Shown here one piece after another: positions 32,288-56,558 of a stretch of 64,000 nucleotides of DNA (positions are counted from its first letter, which is position 1; every line of letters begins with the position of its first letter). The translations under genes and the position numbers were made by a program. Origin of the DNA: Camelus ferus. Taxonomy: Eukaryota. Below the pieces are notes generated by a model that was not told where the DNA came from, searched no databases, and saw only the letters and a program-made list of their open reading frames with translations. The stretch is from NCBI RefSeq assembly GCF_009834535.1, contig NC_045727.1, positions 13,516,001-13,580,000 of the forward strand, in the 5' to 3' direction.

Positions 32288-32946
32288 TTTTCCCTCTTTT
32301 TTTATTGACATATAGTCAGTTTACAATATTGTGTCAATGTCTGGTGTACAGCTCAATGCTTCAGTCATACATGAACATACATATATCTGTTTTCATACTC
32401 TTTTTCACCATAAGCTACTACAAGATATCAAATATAGTTCCCTGTGCTATACAGAATATACTTGTTTATCTATTTTATATATACCAGTCAGTATCTGCAA
32501 ATCTCAAACTCCCAATTTATCCCTTCCCATCCCCTTCCCCTCTGGTAACCGTAAGTTTGTTTTCTATATCTGTGAGTCTGTTTCTGTTTTATATATAAGT
32601 TCATTTGTCTTTTTTTTTTCCAGATTCCACATATGGGTGATATCATATGGTATTTCTCTTTCTCCTTCTGGCTTACTTCACTAAGAATGACATTCTCCAG
32701 GGCTATCCATGTTGCTNNNNNNNNNNNNNNNNNNNNNNNNNNNNNNNNNNNNNNNNNNNNNNNNNNNNNNNNNNNNNNNNNNNNNNNNNNNNNNNNNNNN
32801 NNNNNNNNNNNNNNNNNNNNNNNNNNNNNNNNNNNNNNNNNNNNNNNNNNNNNNNNNNNNNNNNNNNNNNNNNNNNNCTTTTTGAATTAAGGTTCCCTCT
32901 GGATACATGCCAGGGGTGGGATTTCTGGGTCATATGGTAACTCTAT
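32288..32946 (-). mobile_element. 5'-truncated younger L1 (artiodactyl-type 3' end) with 161-N gap at 32717-32877
   Basis: Poly(T) then attgacatatagtcagtttacaatattgtgtca...; 13-bp TSD TGACTGT(A/G)CCTTT at 32275-32287 and 32947-32959. Confidence 0.85.
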
Positions 32947-34280
32947 TGACTGTGCCTTTCTAGTGTGTTTTAAAATCAGGAAGTGTGAGTCTTCAATTTT
33001 TGTTCTTTTTTCAATACAGGCTATTCAGGGTCCTTTGCAAGCCCACGTTTATTTTAGGATAGGTTTTCCCATTTCTTCAAAAAAGGTCATTAGAATTTTA
33101 AGAGGGATTGCATTGAAGCTATAGATTGCTTTGGGTAGTATTGCCATCTTGACAATATTAAATCTTCGGTCCATTAATACTGATGCCTTTCCACTTCTTT
33201 AGGTCTTCTTTAATTTATTTCAGCAATGTTTTGTAGTTTCCAGTGCACAAATCTTTCAGCTCCTTGTTTGAACTTATTCCCAGGTATTTTACTCTTTTGA
33301 ATACGATTGTAAATAGAATTGTTATCTTAATTTCCTATGAGGATAATTCACTGCTGGTGTTTAGATACACAGCTGATTTTTGTATGTTGACTTAAGTTTT
33401 GATGTTTTTGAACTTAAATAGCAAGTATTATTTGGAAACTTGCTTTTTGTGCTAAGCATTCTGTTAGAACTATCCACGATGATACACATAACTAATCCAT
33501 TTATTTTTCTCTGTTGCATTGTACGCTACGAATGAAAATACCACAATTTCTCTCTTTAATGATGGTGAGTTGGGCTGTTTTCAGTCTTCTGTTCAGATGG
33601 GGATAGTCTGTGCATGCCCAGAAAATGGTTCTCAGCCAGGCTACACAGTAGAGTCAGCTGGCATGCTTGCTTTTTATCACTTCCAGCAACAAAGGTCCCA
33701 ACCTCCAGAGATAAGAGTAGAGATTGGGCATCAGTATTTTTTAGAAGATCCTGAAATGATTCTAATGTTCAGTCTGTGCTGAGAACCATTATTCTAGAGA
33801 ATACTGTACACGCAGAAGTAGAATTCCTGAGAGTGTGTCCCTTTAGGTTTTTTTTTTCCCACATATAATTATTGCCAGCACGGCTGTACTGTACCAGTAC
33901 AATCAGGCTGTACGCCCATCAGCAGGGTATGGATTCCATTGCTCCACATCCCTATCAACACTTGGCATTGTCAGACTCCAGATTTTTGCCAGTTGATCTC
34001 ACATATGACCTTCATTTGTATTTCCCTAATAAATGATTAGGTTGCATACCTTTTCATATTTAGTGCCCATTCTTGTTTCCCCCTTTTGTCAAACACCTAT
34101 TTGTGTCTTGTGCCCGTATCACGTGTTTGTATATTCTGCATGTGAATCATTTGGTTGCAAATACCTTCCCCCATTTTTTGCCTTGCCCTGCCATGTTATT
34201 GCAATGTTTGTATTCGCAGAGTGTTTCATTTTATTGCAGATGAATTTTTTTCAATCTTTTTCTTTATAATCTGCTTTTAC
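32947..34280 (-). mobile_element. Old L1M segments with an embedded MER5A-like piece (~33690-33800)
   Basis: gggattgcattgaagctatagattgctttgggtagtattgccatcttgacaatattaa... L1 text. Confidence 0.65.
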
Positions 34281-34289
34281 GTAGTAAGA

Positions 34290-34640
34290 AACTGCTCGCT
34301 GGGGGTGGAGGGAGGGGGGATTGGATGAAGGCAGCCAAAAGGTAAAACAGCCTTCCAATTATAAGATAAATAAGTACTAGGGATGTAATGTACAACACGA
34401 TAAGCATAATCAATACTGCTGTATGCTATATATGAAAGTTGTTGAGAGTAAATCCTGCGAGTTATCATCAAGCATTTTTTTCTATCTCTTTAGTTTTGTC
34501 TCTATATGAGATGAGGGATGTTCACTAAACTTACGATAATCATTTCATCACACATGTAAGTCAAATCATGATGGTGTAGCCCTTAAACATATACCGTGCT
34601 GTGTGTCAATTACATCTCCACAAAACTGGGAGAAGAAAAA
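34290..34640 (+). mobile_element. L1MA-type 3' end in opposite orientation
   Basis: ggtaaaacagccttccaattataagataaataagtactagggatgtaatgtacaaca...gagggatgttcactaaactta... Confidence 0.7.
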
Positions 34641-35364
34641 AATCTCTCCTGATTTTGAATCATGATATTCCCTTATTTTTTGTCCTAAAAATGTTTAGAG
34701 TATTACTTTTCATATTTGTCTTTAATCCACATGGGACTGATTTGTGTGTGTGTGGTGTGCAGTAGGCGTCCAAGAATTTCATTTCTTTTCCTTATAGTTA
34801 ATCCGTTCTCTTAGCACAAGTTATCAAAAAGCCCATCATACCAACTCCTCCCCTCCTGTCAAAGGCAGCACTTCCTCTGATGGAGCCGTGCTCATGTGTG
34901 CGGGTCAGTTTCCAGCTTCTCCGTTTGATGCTCCGTTTGTCTGACTTGTGGGTCTGATATCATATTGTCTTCGTGTTATTCCTCAGGAGCATCCTGACGA
35001 TTCAACATCGGTGGTTATACAGGTGTTCCCTGTAAAATTCTTTCAGTTTTTCTGCACGGCTGAAAATTTTCATAATATAATATTGGGGAAAAGAGTGTCA
35101 TGGCTCCTCTGGCCTTTGCCCTTTTGTCACGATACAGTTTTTAAAAAGCCCAGTTTTCAGACTAAGCCAGCTCCCAGCAGCGGCAACTCTGGGAGAAAAG
35201 GACAAGTTTTAGGACAGTCCGTGGAACTTTCGCATTCCGGTGGGCATCGGCGATGACTTGCTACTGGTGAGGCAGTGCTGGTCGTATTCGTGCCCATTTC
35301 ACAGCCCAGGAAAGTGATTTGCCTGAACACCCAGCCTCTGGGCCCCACTGAGGAGCTGTGCTAG

Positions 35365-40574
<5,210 letters not shown>

Positions 40575-41352
40575 CTGCCGGGGCTGGGTCTCTGCCCGTG
40601 GGAAAGGGACCCCATGCCTGCACCCTGGCCCTCAACCTGGGTGCCTTGAACAGGACAGCAGAGGGGAAGGACAGAAAGCCCTGCGGGCGGGCGGGAGGAG
40701 GAACAGAGGCTGCCTCCGCTAAGGGACGTGGCACCCCACCACATCCTCACTGGGAAGGAGGGGCCATGGCGCCCAGGCTGCGGATGCAGGGCCTGGACCC
40801 GGCAGGAAGAGAGGCTGCTTTGGGGCCCTTCTTTGCCATCCTGGGGTGTCTGTGTGGTCCTCTTCAGACAGCTCCCAGGCCCCCGGGCAGGGGTCTAGGG
40901 AAGAGGCTGTGGGCAGTGCAGCTGTTCCCAGGGCTCTGGGAGCTCCCTGGTCTGTCAGGGTGTCCTTGGGAGCTGAGGCTGCAGGGGCCAGGTTTCGTGC
41001 TTATTTATTGGGGGGTGGGCTGGGGGAGGAGCCTCCTGGCCTTGGGGGTGCCCTAGCCTGACCATCTTTCGGAACACATCTTGGTCAAGGCTATGATACT
41101 AACCCTAGAGGCCCTCCCACTGCCTGCTGCCCTCGGTCCTTGGGCACTGGGAGCCGGAGGTCCCACAGCCTGTCCAGCCGGGCTCCCTTCCTGGGCCCGC
41201 CTGGGCCCAGAGGCCTTAGAAACCATCTAGTCCTGGGCTTCTCAGAGGGGCTACAGGTTGCTGACCAGGATACTTGAAGCCACAGGATAAATGTGGTACA
41301 TCTTCCAGGGGCATCCTTTTTTAGGTATAGGCTAGGGAAAGTTTAATAGTAA

Positions 41353-41358
41353 AATAAA
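41353..41358 (+). terminator. RNF215: Likely RNF215 poly(A) signal
   Basis: AATAAA ~780 nt after the stop, followed by U/GU-rich sequence. Confidence 0.6.
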
Positions 41359-41436
41359 CATGGATATATTTTAACATAAGATGTAAAATTTGTGTGGATG
41401 CTTTAAGAGAAACAAGTCACCTTGGGGTCTACTGCC

Positions 41437-42010
41437 TGTGTGAGGTAGATTCTGTAATCCCTGAGTCCCCCAGCCTTGTGTAGTCCTGGAACTGGGACTC
41501 GGGTGGGTTTTACTCCAGTGACTAGGTTATGTTATAGGGCACAGCTGACCTTAATATGGGGAAAGTATCCAAGTGGGCCTGACCTAACCACATGAGCCCA
41601 TCAAAAACCGAGTTTGCTCCAGCTGGTGAAAGAAGAGGAAGTCAGAAATTTTAAGCATGGAGGGGATTCAGTTCATGAGAAATTCTCTGTTGCTGACTTG
41701 AAGATGGAGGGGGCCACGTGGCAAGGGAGGCAGACAGCCTCTAAGAGCCAAGAGTGGCCCTGGCTGACAGTGGCCAGCAAGGAAATGACCTTAGTTCTGC
41801 AGCTGCAAAAACCGGAATTCTGCCAACAGTCAGGATGAGCCTGGCTTCTTCCCCAGTCCCCTGTGAGAGGAATGCAACCTGGCAGATGCTCTGACTTCCG
41901 CCTTCTAAGGCTCTGAGCAGAGAACCCAGCCACACGGCCTGGACTTCTGACCTACAGACCTGTGAGCTATGAAATGGATGCAGAGAGGAGCTGGGCTGTG
42001 ACGAGTCCTC
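41437..42010 (+). mobile_element. MaLR LTR (MLT1-like)
   Basis: gactaggttatgtta, gaagatggagggggccacgtggcaagg, gaattctgccaaca, ggacttctgacctacaga.ctgtgag hallmarks. Confidence 0.75.
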
Positions 42011-43028
42011 CCCCTGCACTTGGGCCCAGGTCCCCTGCCTTGGAGCCCACCTGAGGGCTGGTGCTCATCCAAGAGGGGCCCGGTCCAGACATCCCAGACC
42101 CCCTCAGAAAGCCCCCGGGCTGCACAGGAGCAGTAGTTGGGCCGTGCCCATCAGCTGCACACACAGCCCCTCTTGACCTTTCTCTGTAAACTGAGGCGCT
42201 CTACTTGCTGGCTTCCTGACCAGGGAAAACCGTCACAGAAAGCCAAGAGCACCCCCTACCCCGACCCCCACCAGTCCTCTGTAACGTCTTAGTACCTATC
42301 CTTCACAGATGAAGTGGTCAGGGCTCCCTCAGCCTCCCTGGAGGCTTCAGGAGGAAGACTGGGCCACCACGGGCCTGGTGGCTGGTAGCATCAGTACACC
42401 GGCCACAAGGTACAGATCTGCGAAGGCCTGTCCCACTCTGGTGGGGTGAAGCCTTGCCTTGCCTCCCAGGGATCCGGCCTCCTAGATTTAGAGAAACCCT
42501 TTGTGACTCACCTTCTGGAAGGTGAGGTGTTCCTCAGTGAAAGGAAGGCTTGACTTTCTTGGGTCCTTAACGTCCCCATCCCCAGGTTCACAGCTGGGTG
42601 GCCCCTGCCTGCCTGCCTACCTCCTTGAGCTTGAGCAAGAACCCCAGCCTCTGACTCCATCCTTGCCTCAGATGTCCTCACCAGGCCTACCCTGGTGGCT
42701 GCTTTCCTTAACCTGCGTCCCTCTCACCCTGACCCTGCTCTTCGGTGGTGGGGATCACTGGGTCCGTGTTACCCCTTGGCCTTTGCTATGGGGATCAAAA
42801 GACTGACTTTCATGTGGCCCAGGTGCTAGAAGCTTCTTTCTGCCCTCGGTGTGCCCTCTTCTCCCACTGCCCCATCAGGAGGGAGGCAGGAAGCTCCCAT
42901 TTACTGAGGGTACACAGTGTGCCAGGCCTCTGTTGGCTGATGACCCCCAGACTCAAGACGGGGAGGGGACTCTGCCCGCCTCAGCCAGTGATGTGAGGCC
43001 AAGGTCGCTGTGGGCAGATGGCCCAGGC

Positions 43029-43034
43029 TTTATT
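43029..43034 (-). terminator. CCDC157: Proximal CCDC157 poly(A) signal
   Basis: AATAAA on - about 50 nt after the stop. Confidence 0.55.
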
Positions 43035-43085
43035 ACATCAGGTGGGTTGCCAGCCACTTGCCCTCCACCCCCACCCCACTGCAGG

Positions 43086-51865
<8,780 letters not shown>

Positions 51866-53578
51866 TTACCCAGAGCCACGTGGCTGCTGCTGGAGGAAGC
51901 TTCTGAAAACACCGATCTGCCCAGTTGCTCCTAGGCTGAAATCCAACCTAGACCCCAGGGAGAAGTCTGTTCAGGACCTGGTTGTGGGTGACCCACCCTC
52001 CCCTGGTCACCCATTGCCAATCCCATCAGTTCCCAAGGCCCTCCAAGGACCTGTGTGCGGCAGGCCCCTGCTAAATGCTGGATGGATACATCTGTGAATG
52101 AGGAGGTACCTGCTATCCATCCCTCCCTGAGCAAACCATTGGACAGGAAACTGGCAGGAAAAGAGAGCTGGCGCTACAACATGATGGGAGTGCTGGACCA
52201 CCCCAGGCCACTGTCGTCTCCCGCCTGGACCATGGCAGCAGCTTCCATTGGGGCCATGGGCCTGCCCACTCCAATCTGATCCATTTTTGCTGTAGAGATC
52301 TGGGCCACACCTGTCTCTCCGCATCACAGAAGGGGCCTGGGAAACCTCCAGTCCTTCAACCTATTTCCACCTCCCACCTCCCTCATCTCAGAAAATGGGA
52401 CTCCCCGCGGAGTGCACCTGAGCACTTCCTCGACTCCCCTTCCCATATCCAAGCACCCTGTGCTGCCAATTCTACATCCAGAATGTACTGAGAACCCACC
52501 ACCTCCGTCCATCAACACCACACATCTCCCCAGACCTGCCACAGCCCCCGGGGGTCATCCTCCCCCTCTGCCCAGCACCACCTCATCCATTTTGTATGAG
52601 GCAGCCAGGTGATGATTTAAAGAGGCAACTCACTGCCCCGCTGAGAGCCCTTGAGTGGCTTTCTCCAGCACAAAGACTGGACACTTCCCTGGCTCTGGCC
52701 CTGTAAGGCCCCCCCCCACCTCATGTGTCTCACTGCCCAGAATGCACCTTCTCCCCACACTCTGTCTAGATAAGACGCCCCCTTCAGGACCCCGGGCCAG
52801 TGAGGTCCCCTGTTACACATCCTCAGAGCATCCTGGTCTCCCTCCCAGCACACACCACGCTGGCAATGAATCACTGTTTGAGTAGTTATTTGCAGCTGGG
52901 AATCTGTCTCCCTGTGAGCACACAGACCGTTTTTGGAGTTCAATGTGGTATGACCCGGCCACCTGGGCCCAGGCACCTGAGGGCCAGCCTGTGCTCACAG
53001 GTGCAGGGAAGTTCAGAGACACCCAGGGGTGGTTCCTGAGGGTGAGCCAGCCTCTCCGGCCTCCCAGAGGACTGGGCCCTGGCCTCACCTCTGCACAGGT
53101 GCCTGCCGGTGGAGGTGGATGTCTGAGTGGGCCCAGCTCTCAGACTTGCCTGTGGGCTCTGGGGCTCAGGGTTAGAGGCTCATCCAGGTACCTGGCTTCC
53201 TGTGTCCAGCTCTTCAGTCCCTGGGAATGGGTGAAGGGACAGTGAGTGAGCAGGCATTCAGGGAGGGCTTCCTAGGAGGTGAAGGGCAGGGAGCAGGCTG
53301 TCCCGGAAGTGGTGGGGGCTGTTTCAGGCTGGAGGATGGGGTGAAGGCAAGGGCAGGTGGGGTTTCCTGCCTTGAGCCTGAGCCCAGAGGGGGTGCTTCA
53401 GCAGTGCTGGCTCTGACTACAGGACCTCCTGTGTGCCCCTTCCCGAATCCGCCTCCTTTATACACATGAAGAAATGGAGGCTCTGGAAAGTTAGGGGGCT
53501 AAGCTGGTGTCACTCAGGGAGCTGTGATTCTTGAGTCCAACATCTCAGCTCTGTCTTCAGACCATGCTACTTCTAGAG

Positions 53579-53892
53579 CAGCAATATCCACACGAAATAT
53601 AATACAGGCCACAAATGGGATGTAAAGTTTTCAACTTGCCACATTTAATGAAGCGAAAACAAACAAGTAAATTAATTTTGATAATATATATTATTTAATC
53701 TAATATACCGAAAATGTAATCACTTCCATATGAAACCAATATAAAATTATTAAGATTTTTTTTTTATAGTCTTCTTTAAAGTCTCAAAATCCAGTGTCTA
53801 TTTGACACTTACAGCTCATCTCTGTTTGGACCAGCCACCATTTTCAAAGACAGCACCACATGGGCTGGTGGCTACTGTATTGGACAGTGCAG
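53579..53892 (+). mobile_element. MER33-like hAT-Charlie DNA transposon
   Basis: gaaatataatacaggccaca...aaatccagtgtctatttgacacttacagc...ggtggctactgtattggacagtgcag; preceded by tctaga. Confidence 0.75.
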
Positions 53893-54113
53893 GTGTAGAG
53901 GGTCAGATTCTGTGTTCATAAAGCAAATGGTGACTGAGCCCTACTACAGGCTGGGTACCATATCAAGAATAGGGACAGAAAAGGGCACACGGAACCCTGT
54001 CCACCGGGAGCCACCATCTATGTCTGAGGATCTCTGCAAGGAGCAAATCTTGAGTGTGTCAGCTCTGCTGTTCTACCCACAGGAGGGGCGATGAGGATCT
54101 GCCCCACAACACT

Positions 54114-54142
54114 CACACACACACACACGCGCGCGCGCGTGC
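54114..54142. repeat. (CA)7(CG)6 compound microsatellite
   Basis: Direct reading. Confidence 0.95.
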
Positions 54143-54739
54143 TCCCATATCCCATGTACATGTATTGCCCCAGTGATGGCCTCTCATGTTGCCACCCATG
54201 ACATATTACCCCAAGGAATGAAGCAGAAACAATTAGAAAAAACTGACTGAGACATTCTGGGTTTCCTTCCTGGAATGGGAGGAAGGAAATAAAGCAAGCA
54301 AGAAATCCCACTCTGGGAGGAGGGTTTTCCGGTGGCAAAGCACGTGGAACTCAGGAGCTAGCTTATGAAGACAAAGGAACACTGACCTGTTCACCCTCCA
54401 AGAACCACAGCTGCCATCTGGGGCCACCCGAGATACCAGCTCCTGTCATATTCTGATAAGCAGCAGCAAATACCAAAGCATCAAGAATATCCAGGCAGAA
54501 AACCCAACATTGAAAAATATCTGAGGTTACTCTATGTCGTTTCTTCTCAACAGTGGGGATTTGCAGATATAAGCATGGCTTGAGAATCACGTAGGTATGT
54601 GTCAAGTGAAGGAGCATTTGACATGGGCTTTCTTCGTAATTCCTGCGTCTCGAGTGGAACCCTTAGCCTGAAGCTGTTTCAGCCCTGCACTGTTCCTGAG
54701 ATCACACAAGTGATGGCACTAATTTATTTTCATTTTTTT

Positions 54740-54819
54740 CTCATTTAAAAAAATTGAAGAATAGTTGATTTACAATGCTGTATTAGTTTCTGGGGTACAG
54801 CATAGTGATTCATATATAA

Positions 54820-54862
<43 letters not shown>

Positions 54863-54995
54863 CGCACACACACATACATATACATATACACACATTATTT
54901 TTCATTACAGGTTACTACAAGCCATTGAATATAGTTCCCTGTGCTACACAGTAGGACCCTGTTGTTTGTCTATTCTGTACATAGTTTGTATCTGA
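54740..54995 (-). mobile_element. L1 3' end with (TA)n/(CA)n microsatellite
   Basis: aattgaagaatagttgatttacaatgctgtattagtttctggggtacagcatagtgattc...atagttccctgtgctacacagtaggacc. Confidence 0.8.
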
Positions 54996-56117
54996 TGATG
55001 TTGCTAATTAAGCCATCACTACTCTGAGGGAGGAGTAGCAGCTAACTCTGCCTTTCTTAGGTCCCTCAAGCCCAAGGTGGACTTTTGACTCGCAGAGAAG
55101 TGAAGGAGCCTTTCCTCCGCTTCCATTCAACATTCAAGCCTCTTCCCTCGCTTAAGCCCTAGGTCCCTATCCCTCAGATAAAGGTTATGCCTACCTCCTG
55201 GCCAGTGTACCCATGAAAACACTTTGGAAACTCTAAAACCATCTATATGGCAGTGTCAGTCTCTGACTCAGAACTGCTAATTGCTTAGATCCCTGGTGAC
55301 AATGAAGGACTCCCAGGAAGACAGAGGAGTAAGGAACTGCACTAGTAGAGGAGTAAGAATGGCCTGGCTTTGGATTCCCACACCACCATGTGAACTGAGG
55401 ATGTGAAACTCACTGTCCTTATCTGTAAATAAGTTGCTATAAGAAATAAAAGATGTAATGCATGTAGTATTTGGCACGGGGTCTGGATCATGATACATCT
55501 TCAATAAATCCTAGGTATCATTATAATTCAACATTAATAATAACAATGACATAAACAAGCTATGGTGTGTTTGTGAGGAAGAGAGCAGGGCAGGAGACTG
55601 GGAAGGGCCTCTTTTACCATCACTCCCCAAGGGTTCAGAGCCAGCCCGCGTTCTGGAGTTGGGAGGGAGGGGAAAGAGGGGGAAGGAACCAGAGGATCTC
55701 AGGAAAGGAAGCGAAAAGGGCGGGAATCGAGGTGTGCAGGGGGAGGGGAGGGTGGGAAGCGAGGTAAGTGGTCCGCAGGGTCCAACCCGCGGGCGTGAGG
55801 GGTGGAGCCTAAAGAAGCCTTGATTTGAGCGGGTTCTTTGGGTTTGAGGGCGGGACTATGGAAGGCAGGAATGGAACCTAGAAAGGCAGGCAAACGGAGA
55901 AAGGGACCAACGGGAATCAGGGACTGAGATTTGGAAGGGGGTGTTGAGGCGCGCCTGAAGCAAAAGAGGGGGCTGGGGAAATAGAGAGACGGGGCTTTGG
56001 CCAAAGTGAGAGGCCAATGGGAGGGCGCGGGAGCCCTGAAAGGCGGGGGTCGGAGGGAGAGAGGAATTGTTTGGTGAAAGATCGGGGTCCAGGGCGTGCA
56101 AGGGCGGCGGGCGGGAC

Positions 56118-56146
56118 GTAGATGTAGATGTAGATGTAGATGTAGA
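56118..56146. repeat. (GTAGAT)4.8 hexamer repeat
   Basis: Direct reading. Confidence 0.9.
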
Positions 56147-56495
56147 ACGTCTCACCAGTCTCCGGCGTGGCAGCCTCAGCCCCCGTGTATGGTCGGCTCA
56201 TGGAGCTGCCCCCGGCGAGCCTGCCGCTCCTGGGATACCCAGCAAACCTTAGCCGGGCTCCCGGGCCGCTGCCATGGCAACGGCGTCTCGCGCCATTGGC
56301 TCCCGCGAGGGAGGGGCAGGAATTAACGTCACGGAGAAGGGGTGGTCCCGGAAGTGCGTCAGCCTCGCCCCGTCGGCGACTCGCTCGGCCGCCGCCATCT
56401 TGCGGGCTTGTCGTACCGTCCGTGAGGGGACAGCACTTTGACGCCGCACTGCTCACTTACATCGAGGCGGACTGGCAGCCCTGAGCGTCGCAGTC

Positions 56496-56558
56496 ATGCC
56501 GGCCGGACCCGTGCAGGCGGTGCCTCCGCCACCGCCCGCGGCCACCGAGCCCAAACAG
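56496..56558 (+). CDS. SF3A1: SF3A1 exon 1 CDS (63 nt)
   Basis: MPAGPVQAVPPPPPAATEPKQ; CAG|gtaccg. Confidence 0.96.

Noticed and set aside
32717-32877. Second N gap as a hidden gene feature
   Set aside because: Both flanks are the same TSD-bounded L1 copy
32305-32940. Hydrophobic ORFs here and at 54765-54995
   Set aside because: Antisense readings of L1 3'UTR sequence
54387-54530. Possible CCDC157 5'UTR exon (AG...CAG|GTCAGT)
   Set aside because: Acceptor lacks a pyrimidine tract; cannot be supported without transcripts
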